Shown: one piece after another, positions 20,271-28,908 of the stretch
Numbering within the stretch: the first letter of the stretch is position 1
How the letters are laid out: every line of letters begins with the position of its first letter
NCBI GenBank assembly: GCA_963790445.1
Contig: CAWBON010000016.1
Coordinates: 37,501-101,500, forward strand
Source of the DNA: an uncultured Alphaproteobacteria bacterium
GTDB lineage: Bacteria; Pseudomonadota; Alphaproteobacteria; Acetobacterales; Acetobacteraceae
Reading direction: 5' to 3'
DNA length: 64,000 bases
Made by a program: the position numbers and the translations under genes
The notes under the pieces: model-generated
Seen by the model: the letters and a program-made list of their open reading frames with translations, nothing else
What the model was told of the DNA's origin: nothing
The model's database searches: none

Positions 20271-20373
20271 GTGTTTTTTCCCCAATGTCTGCTTCGGCCG
20301 GCACGTTTATGGGGACGATCCGGATATCGGTAAGGGGTGCGGCGGTCTATCGTGTGCGGGGAGGAATCGTCAC

Positions 20374-20745
20374 ATGCCGAATGCAACATCCGAGGTGGTG
20401 ATCTACCACAACCCGGCCTGCGCGACGTCACGCAAGGTGCTGGGCATGATCCGTGAGGCGGGCGTACAGCCTCGCGTGATCGAATACCTGAAGACGCCAC
20501 CCAACCGGGCAGAGCTACTCGATCTGTTGCAACGCATGGGGATCACAGCCCGTGAACTGCTGCGCCGGCGGGGCACGCCTTACGATGAACTGAACCTGGA
20601 CGATCCCGGCAAAACCGACGAGGCACTGATCGAGGCCATCGTGGCGCATCCTATCCTGATGGAGCGGCCGGTGGTGGCCGGCCTGCGCGGCGTGCGGCTG
20701 TGCCGGCCGGCGGACCGCGTGGCGGAGGTGTTGCCCGCGCGCTGA
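20374..20745 (+). CDS. arsC: ArsC/Spx-family arsenate reductase (glutaredoxin-type)
   Basis: 'VVIYHNPACATSRKVL...IEYLKTPP...LLRRRGTPYDEL...HPILMERPVV' is the typical ArsC pattern with the catalytic Cys in NPAC. Confidence 0.8.
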   Translation: MPNATSEVVIYHNPACATSRKVLGMIREAGVQPRVIEYLKTPPNRAELLDLLQRMGITARELLRRRGTPYDELNLDDPGKTDEALIEAIVAHPILMERPVVAGLRGVRLCRPADRVAEVLPAR

Positions 20746-20749
20746 ACGG

Positions 20750-21838
20750 ATGGGACCCCTGCTCACGATCGGCATACTGCGCCGCCGGGCCATCCAGGGT
20801 TCGTTGCTACCGCAGACGACGCTGGGACGCGCACTGACCGCATCCGGCTTCGTGCAGGCCGATCCGATCCGTGCTCCCGCCCGCGCGCAGGACCTGATCC
20901 TGCGGCACCGGGTCGCCGGTTACCGGATGGGCGATCTGGAACGGCGCTTCGCGCGTCTCGGGCTGGAGGAGGACTTCCTCTACGCCTATGGGTTCATGCC
21001 GCGGGACACGGTGCGCCTGCTGCATCCGCGCCATGATCCGGACAGCGACGATGGCCGCCACCGGCCGACCGGGCTGGCAGCCGAGGTGCTTGCCTTTGTG
21101 CGGGACCGCGGCATTACGCATCCCGCGGATCTTGAGGCCCGCTTCGGCAGCGAGCGCGCACTGAATGGCTGGGGCGGCTTCTCCAAAGCGACGACACGCG
21201 CCTTGCAGGGTCTGCACTATCACGGGCTGCTGCGGGTTGCCCGCCGACGCGACGGCATCCGCATTTACGAAGCCACGTCGCCGCATCCCGAACCATTGGC
21301 GCCGGCCGAACGCAGCCGGCGGCTGGTGCTGTTGGTGTTGCGGATCCTCGCGCCCATGCCGGAAACGAGCGTGGCTGCCACCTTCGGCCTCCTGAACCGT
21401 GGCGCGCCGGGGCTTGGCGCCTGGCGGGCAACAATGCAGGCCATGCTGAAGTCGGGCGAAGTGGAATGCGAGGTGGTTGAGGGCGTGCGGTATCTCTGGC
21501 CGGCCGGCCATTCAGCCGCGCCGCGCCGCGCGGGCCCGCGGGAGGTCCGCTTCCTGGCGCCATTCGATCCGATCGTGTGGGATCGTCGCCGGTTCGAGCA
21601 TTTGTGGGGCTGGGCGTACCGCTTCGAGGCTTACACGCGGCCGGAGAAACGGCAGTACGGCTACTATGCGCTGCCGCTGCTCTGGGGCGACGACGTCATC
21701 GGCTGGGCCAACGTCTCGGCTCCCGCTGGCAAGTTGGACATCGACGCCGGTTTTGTGGGTGCACGACCCAAGGACGCTGCTTTCCGTCTCGCCTTCGACG
21801 CCGAGACTGCCCGCGTGGAAGAGTTCCTGAGACCGTAA
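20750..21838 (+). CDS. winged-helix DNA-binding / YcaQ (AlkZ-like) crosslink-repair glycosylase family protein
   Basis: Intact 362 aa. 'GFVQADPIRAPARAQDLILRHRV', 'RFEAYTRPEKRQYGYYALPLLWGDDVIGWANV' are characteristic of the DUF1006/YcaQ family. Confidence 0.8.
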   Translation: MGPLLTIGILRRRAIQGSLLPQTTLGRALTASGFVQADPIRAPARAQDLILRHRVAGYRMGDLERRFARLGLEEDFLYAYGFMPRDTVRLLHPRHDPDSDDGRHRPTGLAAEVLAFVRDRGITHPADLEARFGSERALNGWGGFSKATTRALQGLHYHGLLRVARRRDGIRIYEATSPHPEPLAPAERSRRLVLLVLRILAPMPETSVAATFGLLNRGAPGLGAWRATMQAMLKSGEVECEVVEGVRYLWPAGHSAAPRRAGPREVRFLAPFDPIVWDRRRFEHLWGWAYRFEAYTRPEKRQYGYYALPLLWGDDVIGWANVSAPAGKLDIDAGFVGARPKDAAFRLAFDAETARVEEFLRP

Positions 21839-21966
21839 CGAGTCGGCATTCTTTACACGTTGCAGTTTTCCGCTCTGCATCGCCTGCCCAAACCCCTGGT
21901 TTCGCTATATTTTGATCAATGGCATAACCATTGCAACAAGGTGGATCAAATCGTTTGAGGTGTCTC

Positions 21967-22593
21967 ATGAATAGATACAATCTGGCCATCTTTGCAGTGG
22001 TGGCCCTGGTATGCGGCGCGGCAAGCGAGGCTAAGGCCACGCCCAATCTTATCGTCAATGGCGACTTTACGACGCCGGACGTCGGGTCCGGCTATACGTT
22101 TTTCTCCAGCATTCCCGGCTGGACGGTGAACCAGGACGCTATCGAGGTCGACTATACCCCGATACTGGGGATGGCCTGCTACACTGCCAACTGCCAGAGC
22201 GCGGAGGTGGACGCGAACACCTTCGACACGATTTCGCAGACCATAAGCGGACTGCACCCCGGCTCCCAGTACACTCTGAGCTGGGGCTATGGCGACCGGC
22301 CAGGTTCGGGCCCGCAGCAACTCGATGTATCGCTGGGCGGCAGCCCGGTAACGTCCGATTTCGGCACGGGCACCACTGGTCTCTGGACCCTCAATTCCTT
22401 CGTCATCACAGCCACTGCCACCTCCGAGGTGCTTAGCTTTGCAGCGGTCGACACCAGTGGAATTGGCGGCGCGCCAAGTGTGGGCAATGAAGTGGACAGC
22501 GTCAGCCTCGTCGGCGTCCCCGAGCCTGCATCGATGGTGCTGCTGGGTTCCGGCATGCTGGGTCTAGGCCTGTTCCGCCGTCGGCACCGCTGA
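21967..22593 (+). CDS. DUF642-like (choice-of-anchor) protein with PEP-CTERM sorting signal
   Basis: Signal peptide, 'NLIVNGDFTTPDVG...IPGWTV', C-terminus 'VPEPASMVLLGSGMLGLGLFRRRHR' (PEP motif, TM helix, Arg cluster). Confidence 0.8.
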   Translation: MNRYNLAIFAVVALVCGAASEAKATPNLIVNGDFTTPDVGSGYTFFSSIPGWTVNQDAIEVDYTPILGMACYTANCQSAEVDANTFDTISQTISGLHPGSQYTLSWGYGDRPGSGPQQLDVSLGGSPVTSDFGTGTTGLWTLNSFVITATATSEVLSFAAVDTSGIGGAPSVGNEVDSVSLVGVPEPASMVLLGSGMLGLGLFRRRHR

Positions 22594-22702
22594 TCCCGCC
22601 AGCCTGCTTTGATCGACCAGCGGCGCCGGTGGGCGCCGCTGGTGTTTTGGGCGAGCCATTCCGGCTGTAGGCTCCTGAGCGACAAGCAGGGAGAAGCGTG
22701 GC

Positions 22703-23644
22703 ATGGCCGCAAAGATTGGCTACCTGTTGCCGACGCGCGAGCAGGCGATGGAAGGGCGGCCCGAGGCTGCCCCATTGCTCGCCTTGGCGGAGCGGGCGGA
22801 GGCGCTGGGCTACGCATCGGTGTGGGTCGGCGATTCGCTGCTGGCGCGGCCGCGCCATGAACCGCTGACGTTGCTCGCCGGCGTGGCGGGTCGGGTGCCT
22901 CGTGTGGAACTCGGCACCGCCGTGCTGCTGCCGGCGCTGCGCAATCCGGTGCTGCTCGCGCACCAGGTGGCGACACTCGACCAGGTGTCGGAGGGCCGGC
23001 TGATCCTGGGCGTCGGGTTCGCGTCCGACCGGCCGAATGTTCAGGCGGAGTTCGCATCGGCTGGCGTGCCGTTCGACAAGCGCCTCGGCCGGATGATGGA
23101 AGGTCTGCGGCTGTGCCAGGCATTGTGGACCGGGCAGCCGGTGGACTGGGACGGGCGATGGCAGGTGACGCAAGGCGTGCTGGCACCAACCCCGTATCGG
23201 CCTGGCGGACCGCCGCTATGGATCGGCGGCAATCTGCCGGCGAGCCTGGAGCGGGCGGGCAAGTATTTCGACGGCTGGTTTCCCAATGTGCCCGATCCGG
23301 CAACCTATGCGCGGCAATGGGCGGAGATCCGTGCGGTTGCTGCCGCGTCCGGCCGCGATCCTGCCGCGCTGACCGGCGCGGTGTACCTGACGCTGGCGTT
23401 GCACGAGAGCGCGGAGCAGGCCGAGACGCGGATGAACGCATTTCTGGAGCAATACTATGGCCAGCCCGCCGATGTGCTGCGGCGCCGACAGATCTGCTAC
23501 GCCGGTCCGGCGGGCGGCGTGGCCGAGTGGCTCGACGGTTATGCGAAGGCTGGTGCGAGCCACCTGGTGTTGCGTTTCGCCGGTGACCACGAGCGACATC
23601 TGGAGGTTCTGGCCAAGGCTTGCGGATTGAAGGGCGCACCGTAG
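22703..23644 (+). CDS. LLM-class (luciferase-like) flavin-dependent oxidoreductase
   Basis: Intact 313 aa. 'AERAEALGYASVWVGDSLLARPRHEPLTLLA...GTAVLLPALRNPVLLAHQVATLDQVSEGRLILGVG'. Confidence 0.8.
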   Translation: MAAKIGYLLPTREQAMEGRPEAAPLLALAERAEALGYASVWVGDSLLARPRHEPLTLLAGVAGRVPRVELGTAVLLPALRNPVLLAHQVATLDQVSEGRLILGVGFASDRPNVQAEFASAGVPFDKRLGRMMEGLRLCQALWTGQPVDWDGRWQVTQGVLAPTPYRPGGPPLWIGGNLPASLERAGKYFDGWFPNVPDPATYARQWAEIRAVAAASGRDPAALTGAVYLTLALHESAEQAETRMNAFLEQYYGQPADVLRRRQICYAGPAGGVAEWLDGYAKAGASHLVLRFAGDHERHLEVLAKACGLKGAP

Positions 23645-23674
23645 CTTGCCGGCGATGTGTATCGGGAACCGGCG

Positions 23675-24742
23675 TCAAATGCGCACGTCGGCAATCGGCG
23701 CTGCGATCTGCTCGAACGTGCATTGCCTGGGCGCCTTGTCGTCGCGCCAACGCAGCAGCTTCGTGCCGTGGCGAAAGCGATCGCCGGTGACGTGGTCGAA
23801 GCGAACCTCCACCACGAGCTCCGGTCGTAGTGGTTCCCATTCACTGCTGCGTTCCGTGCTCCACCGGCTGGGCCCACCGGGCGCCTTGCCGGTGAAACCC
23901 GGCTTCCCGCGCAGAGCCTCCAGCCTGCGTGTCAGGCGGGGCCGCTCTGCATCGGTGATCGTGGAAGTAAACCCCACGTGATCGAGTTTCCCGGCATCGT
24001 CATACAGTCCCAGCAGCAGGGAGCCGACTTCGCGACTGTCGCTCCGGTAGCGAAAGCCACCGACGACACAGTCCGCGGTTTGCAGCCGCTTGACCTTGAT
24101 CATCGTCCGCTCGCCCGGCGTGTACGGATCCGCCAGGCGCTTCGCGATCACACCATCGGTTGCGCCATGTCCGGCATCGATCAGCCATTTCTCGGCCCGC
24201 TTCCGATCGCGCGTCGCGGGTGAAATCAGCAGCTTCTTCGCCACCGTTACCCGAGCAATGAACGCTTCAAGTTCCGCACGCCGCCGCTCGAGCGGTTGGT
24301 CCACCAGACTCGCGCCATCGGTTCCGACGAGCATGTCGAACACGATCAGCCGGGCGGGCGTTGCCGCTGCGAGTTTCCTGATGCGGCTCTCGGCAGGATG
24401 CAGTCGCATCTGAAGTGCATCGAATGCCAGATGCCCTTCCAGCTCGACGACGAGTTCGCCATCGATCACGAACCGCGGCTCGGGCACGTCGCGCAACAGC
24501 GCCACGACTTCAGGAAAATACCGTCCCAGCGGCTTGCCCGATTTGGCGCGGAGCTCAACGTTTGTGCCGGACTTGAAGGCGAGACAACGAAATCCGTCCC
24601 ACTTTGGCTCGTACTGCCAGGCAGCGTCGGCGGCAGGAATTGTCGCGACTGCGCGCGATTCCATTGGTGGGGTGTCCAATGGCAGATCGAAGGGCGGCCG
24701 ATCGACGGGCGGGCGATCGAGAAGCGGGCGATCGCGAGGCAT
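23675..24742 (-). CDS. ATP-dependent DNA ligase (LigD ligase-domain type, stand-alone)
   Basis: Motif I 'YEPKWDGFRCLAF', 'IDGELVV', 'DGVIAKR', OB-fold tail 'EVRFDHVTGDRFRHGTKLLRWRDDK'. Confidence 0.85.
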   Translation of the reverse strand: MPRDRPLLDRPPVDRPPFDLPLDTPPMESRAVATIPAADAAWQYEPKWDGFRCLAFKSGTNVELRAKSGKPLGRYFPEVVALLRDVPEPRFVIDGELVVELEGHLAFDALQMRLHPAESRIRKLAAATPARLIVFDMLVGTDGASLVDQPLERRRAELEAFIARVTVAKKLLISPATRDRKRAEKWLIDAGHGATDGVIAKRLADPYTPGERTMIKVKRLQTADCVVGGFRYRSDSREVGSLLLGLYDDAGKLDHVGFTSTITDAERPRLTRRLEALRGKPGFTGKAPGGPSRWSTERSSEWEPLRPELVVEVRFDHVTGDRFRHGTKLLRWRDDKAPRQCTFEQIAAPIADVRI

Positions 24743-24748
24743 CCCTGC

Positions 24749-25537
24749 TTAGCCCGCTTTGCGGCGCGCGGTTTCCTTCCGGGCGACCGGCCTTTTGGTG
24801 ACAGCGGGCATCGGCTTGCTGAGCCCGGGCTTGCGCTTCTTGCGCTCCTCGGCGGCATCCCCCCTGTTGCTGTTCCACACCGCGTCCGCCTTGGTCGCCG
24901 CGGTTCCAGCTTCCATGAACGGCTTCGGCGCGCGTCCCTTGCCGGCGGCGATCGAAGTCATGCTACGGCCCGACGCAACCGACCGATCATCGGCGAGGAT
25001 GGCCTCGCCATCGCCCTCGCGCGCGTATTCATCGCGGTGCTTGATCAGCAGCCAGTTGGTGCGTTTGCCACCCAACCTGTCGTGCTTCATGCGCACCAGC
25101 ACCCAACCACCGTGTAGGCGCTTGCCGTCCAGTATGAACTTGAAGTCGCCATCGGCCAGCGCGTCCTGCGGCGACATCTCGCCGGCGGGTTCCCAGTATC
25201 CGCGGTCCCAAAGCTGCACTGTGCCGCCGCCATACTGACCCTTCGGGATGGTTCCCTCGAAGTCGCCATAGTCGAGCGGGTGATCCTCCACCTCGACCGC
25301 CAGCCGCTTGTCATGCGGATCGAGCGACGGACCCCGCGTCACCGCCCAGGACTTGAACACGCCGTCGAGTTCCAGCCGCAGGTCGTAGTGCAGACGCGTG
25401 GCCGCATGCTTCTGGATGACGAAGCGCCGGCGTTCGGCGGGGGCGGCTTTGGGTTCGCCACTCGGCTCCGGGGTTTTGGTGAAGTCGCGCTTCGCCCGGT
25501 ATTTTGCGAGTTTGTCAGGGGTGTTGATGGAAGTCAT
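24749..25537 (-). CDS. LigD 3'-phosphoesterase (PE) domain protein, stand-alone
   Basis: 'RFVIQKHAATRLHYDLRLELDGVFKSWAVTRGPSLDP...EVEDHPLDYGDFEGTIPKGQYGGG'. Confidence 0.85.
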   Translation of the reverse strand: MTSINTPDKLAKYRAKRDFTKTPEPSGEPKAAPAERRRFVIQKHAATRLHYDLRLELDGVFKSWAVTRGPSLDPHDKRLAVEVEDHPLDYGDFEGTIPKGQYGGGTVQLWDRGYWEPAGEMSPQDALADGDFKFILDGKRLHGGWVLVRMKHDRLGGKRTNWLLIKHRDEYAREGDGEAILADDRSVASGRSMTSIAAGKGRAPKPFMEAGTAATKADAVWNSNRGDAAEERKKRKPGLSKPMPAVTKRPVARKETARRKAG

Positions 25538-25823
25538 CGGGTGGCCTCTTGCGCTCGATCCGAGCGGTTAAGTGGGCACTGATAACGTTGCGAACCACAG
25601 TGGGGTTCGACGGTCCTGCCGCGCTTCTTGCCGGCGGGGCACGATGAGACGGGCAGATCGATGGTCGCGGCGCTGCGCGGCTATATATGCGGGTGGAGGC
25701 GCAGGGCGTTGCAATCCATGGTGAGCGAGGAGCGGAGCGGGGTGGCTGTGCCATGCAGTCAGCCGGCATCGCGGGGCCAGCCAAGTCCTGGTCCCGTGTG
25801 CAACGGTTCGGCCGGCGGTGGAT

Positions 25824-26477
25824 TCAGGGTGGGCGGGGGCTGCGCCATCCCGGGGGCGGCGTGCGCACAAGCGGCCAAGACTCGGATGACGTGGTGGGTC
25901 TGTCCACGGGAGACAGCCGCCGGAGTATTATTTTGTCGAGGGTGGCCACGCTGCCGCCGTTTTTGATTATGGCCCACTCCAATTCCAGCCATAGCGGATG
26001 CCTCCACTGGATGCCGAGGTCCCGGCAGATATCGGCGATAACGGCGCCGATGGGCCGACGGCGGATTTCCGCAGCAATCCACTCCGGCGTGGGAAGGTTG
26101 ACGAGATTGGGATGTTCGCTGGGCGGCGGTGCGGCCGGCGCGGCGCGCGGGGCGCGGGGGGTGCGGGGCGAGGACGTGCCCCGCGGCCGGGGTTCGGCGT
26201 CTAGGCGGCCGGCGCTGCGGATCAGTCTCGCTTCGAGGGCCTGGGCGCGGAGCAGGCCGCCCGTGATGTGGGCGATGATCAGCGCAATGTCGGCGGTGCC
26301 GAAGTTGGCTGCATAGCCGATGACGCGGCCGGTGGCGGCGTGCTGGTGGAAGGTGGCGGCGAGTTCCTTGGCGTAGTCGATGAGCTTGCGGACGAGGTCG
26401 AGCAGGTGGGCGGAGCGGCTTGGCTGGCCCGGGTCGGGGGGTTGGGCGGGGGGTTGGTTGGTGGTGGCGGCAGGCAT
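25824..26477 (-). CDS. hypothetical protein
   Basis: 217-aa ORF with a Pro/Ala-rich centre. Conserved-looking ends ('LLDLVRKLIDYAKELAATF', 'PIGAVIADICRDLGI'). No family recognised. Confidence 0.45.
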   Translation of the reverse strand: MPAATTNQPPAQPPDPGQPSRSAHLLDLVRKLIDYAKELAATFHQHAATGRVIGYAANFGTADIALIIAHITGGLLRAQALEARLIRSAGRLDAEPRPRGTSSPRTPRAPRAAPAAPPPSEHPNLVNLPTPEWIAAEIRRRPIGAVIADICRDLGIQWRHPLWLELEWAIIKNGGSVATLDKIILRRLSPVDRPTTSSESWPLVRTPPPGWRSPRPP

Positions 26478-26578
26478 GAACGAAGCAAGAACACAGGATT
26501 GGGGTTGGTGTCAAGGAATATTTTCATAATGAGTTGATTGGCGGTAGCTCGGCGCCAACTGCTGCCGCTGCGGATCGG

Positions 26579-26902
26579 TCAACGTCCTGCGGATGGAAGG
26601 GAAGGCGCACCGCCCTGGCCTGCTCTGCAATCCCTGATATTTTGGCTGGTGGCGGAGCGGGGCTGGGCCCCCGTCGCCAAATCGATGAGGGTCGCCCGAC
26701 CGTGTAGAACCACCTCCTGCGCGGAACGTGAGGGGCTGTCACGATGGTTTGGGTGTTCAATAGCGGACACTCGCAGATCCAGGTCGAAATCGCTATGTCC
26801 GAGTATCTCTTGTTGCAGATCAGCACTTGGACACAGGTCGCGGCGTTCCTCCTTACGGTTATCGACCAATCTTTCAGGCACGCCGTAGTCCAACAATGAC
26901 AC
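26579..26902 (-). CDS. hypothetical ORF in low-G+C islet 1
   Basis: 107-aa ORF with a GTG start and no recognisable motif. Coding status uncertain. Confidence 0.25.
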   Translation of the reverse strand: MSLLDYGVPERLVDNRKEERRDLCPSADLQQEILGHSDFDLDLRVSAIEHPNHRDSPSRSAQEVVLHGRATLIDLATGAQPRSATSQNIRDCRAGQGGAPSLPSAGR

Positions 26903-27453
26903 AAGGCACAGCGAACGGCCGATCTTTTTTCCGTCTGATGAGGGAAAATGGAGCTATGATTTCGGCGGGTATCATCCTGATCATTTGGGGAGCCTACTAT
27001 ACCTATGTGGCTCGGCCCTCTGAGATGGCAAATGGCACACCTACCACAACTACTCCTGGCCCGTGCAACACGCACATCGATGGTGTGGCATTAGCGGCTA
27101 CGCTGCGCGGTTACCTGAACAACGGGAAAGCCAACCAGCCGCGCGAGGTGAGTATTGTGGTGGAGACAGGCAACCTTACCTGCAAGTATGCCAAGGACCT
27201 GCGGACGGCTTTTGTGGACGCTGGATGGAATCCCCTCCCACTAAAAGAGATAGATCGCGAACACTTTCAGGGCGATGCGGTGTGGTTCCAAGCTCCGGCG
27301 AATGACATTCTAGCACTGCAATTGTTTCAATATTTAGAGCCATCGCAGCCCATATATTTTGTAACTCCCCAACCGGCCAACGGAGGGCGGGGCTGGGTGT
27401 TCTGGATCAAGGACACTTGGCCCTCGTGGGTGCCTCGCGCGGGTGGAAGCTAA
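26827..27453 (+). CDS. hypothetical membrane-anchored protein (islet 1)
   Basis: Likely start at 'MRENGAMISAGIILIIWGAYYTYVA' (one TM helix), followed by a globular region of about 150 aa. No family recognised. Confidence 0.45.
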   Translation: MDTGRGVPPYGYRPIFQARRSPTMTQGTANGRSFFRLMRENGAMISAGIILIIWGAYYTYVARPSEMANGTPTTTTPGPCNTHIDGVALAATLRGYLNNGKANQPREVSIVVETGNLTCKYAKDLRTAFVDAGWNPLPLKEIDREHFQGDAVWFQAPANDILALQLFQYLEPSQPIYFVTPQPANGGRGWVFWIKDTWPSWVPRAGGS

Positions 27454-27613
27454 CGTTGGGGCGTCGGTTTCTTAGGCTCCTGCTGCGGGCTTCGTCGGAA
27501 GGAGAGCCCCGCTTCTGGACGTGTGAAGTCTTCGGCTTGGGAGTCGTTAGCATCCGCTGGGCCACTTCTCGCGCTCGGCGCTCTGCTTCTTCTTTGGTGA
27601 GTTCCTTTTCCAT
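27407..27613 (-). CDS. hypothetical small basic protein (islet 1)
   Basis: 68-aa ORF 'MEKELTKEEAERRAREVAQRML...'. Converges on and overlaps the previous ORF by about 47 nt. Confidence 0.3.
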   Translation of the reverse strand: MEKELTKEEAERRAREVAQRMLTTPKPKTSHVQKRGSPSDEARSRSLRNRRPNVSFHPREAPTRAKCP

Positions 27614-27718
27614 GGCGTCAGCCTAGCAAATCAGGCGACGGGCGGAAATCAGAAACTCGCGCCAGTCATTTCGTTACCGTGGGGTTGCGACACCAACCAG
27701 GGAGCGGCAACATCAGCC

Positions 27719-28317
27719 ATGATCTATCTCACTTCCCTTCCGTGGAAAGAAATAAGTCAACATAATGCTGCGAGCACGATGCCAAAGCCGTCTGACCAAC
27801 AGATCAGCGATTTCTATGTTAGGCTCGGCCTCGTCATCGCCGCTTGGCAGTTCGTTGAAGCTGCTCTTGTGTATGCCTATGGAAAAGCCATAGGCGCGAC
27901 AAATCCGACCCCGCTCACTGCGTCGTTCCATGTGCCAACTAACATAAGCGTGCGCCTAGGCATGACGGATGAAGCTGTTAAGCGGTCAGGTATAGATGCT
28001 GCCCTGCTAAGCGAATGGGAGAAGCTTTCCGCGCAAGTGTCGCAGAAGATGAAAAGGCGTAATAAGTTGGCCCATTCCATCGTGATCTTCGACCCTCACA
28101 AGAAACCGGATAGACAACTCTTTCTTTCTCCTAACGTGGATGACCCCACAAGATTTGATCCTCTCTTTTCCCAGGATCAATTATCACGCAACCAGAACTA
28201 GACGATATGCTCAAGGTTTTTGAGGAGCTTCACCAGCGTCTGACTGAGTTCCATCAGAGGCTTCCTCCCTTGCCAGCCAAGCCGCAGTCAGCATCTCCTT
28301 TATCACCAACATCATAG
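27719..28317 (+). CDS. hypothetical protein with Rx4H (HEPN-like) motif (one frameshift near 28195)
   Basis: 'QKMKRRNKLAHSIVIFD' contains R-N-K-L-A-H (Rx4H). N-terminal helix 'FYVRLGLVIAAWQFVEAALVYAYG'. Tail 'ELDDMLKVFEELHQRLTEFHQRL' is in the next frame. The likely real start is MPKPSDQ at 27779. Confidence 0.45.
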
Positions 28318-28467
28318 GATCGCCCGACCAGTACCTACTTGCCCCAACTCTTCCAAGACTTGTGCCGCAGCATCAACCATTGCGGCGCTCACGATCGGAG
28401 TCGGCGAGGGTTGAAAATCCGCCAGGTCATCACGCGCCAGAGGTGCATAGATCAGGAGCCGCGGCAC
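28312..28467 (-). pseudogene. truncated ParE/RelE-family toxin remnant (N-terminal ~51 codons only)
   Basis: GTG-start 'VPRLLIYAPLARDDLADFQPSPTPIVSAAMVDAAAQVLEELGQVGTGRAIL*', 12 nt downstream of the RHH antitoxin. Full-length ParE toxins are about 95-100 aa. It ends at the islet boundary. Confidence 0.5.
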
Positions 28468-28479
28468 GTGGCCGCCGGA

Positions 28480-28698
28480 TCAGCGGCGACGGGTCGGGGG
28501 TGGCAGCAGTTCGTTATCGGTGTCGAGGCTGTTGAGCCAGGCGTCAACATCGGCCGCATCAACATAGAAGCCAGCGTCGAGTTGCGCGCGGGCCTCGGCG
28601 ATCATCCTCGCCTCCCAGGCGAGTCGTCGCTGCTTTTCGGCGTCGGTTTCGATGGCTTCGTTACGGGTGCGGGGGACGTCGTCCATACGCGTCAACAT
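28480..28698 (-). CDS. CopG/RHH-type antitoxin-like protein
   Basis: 'MLTRMDDVPRTRNEAIETDAEKQRRLAWEARMIAEARAQLDAGFYVDAADVDAWLNSLDTD' resembles the C-terminal pattern of ParD/CopG antitoxins paired with ParE. Confidence 0.55.
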   Translation of the reverse strand: MLTRMDDVPRTRNEAIETDAEKQRRLAWEARMIAEARAQLDAGFYVDAADVDAWLNSLDTDNELLPPPTRRR

Positions 28699-28908
28699 AG
28701 CGTCGGCGGTCCCCGTCTGCCAGTGCGACGCGGACGTGCGTCGGAGCATGCGGCAGTCAGGACGATTGCGCTTGACGTTGTCATGCACATGCAAAGCCTG
28801 TCCCCGCGAAAGCGTGCGGCGGGCATATTGGCGAGCAACGCCGGATTGGCGGCCCCTGGATCTCGCGCTTCGCGAGACTGACGAATAGAGGAGCCGCCGT
28901 TGGTAAGG

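Noticed and set aside
19300-20300. tRNA-Gly as an integration site for a genomic island
   Set aside because: No integrase, no direct repeat of the tRNA 3' end and no compositional shift were seen next to the tRNA. The two low-G+C islets are 7 and 16 kb away.
22287-23840. 517-aa minus-strand ORF (Arg/Pro/Ala-rich)
   Set aside because: It is antisense to the well-supported LLM oxidoreductase and PEP-CTERM genes. The low-complexity R/P/A composition is typical of shadow ORFs in high-G+C DNA.
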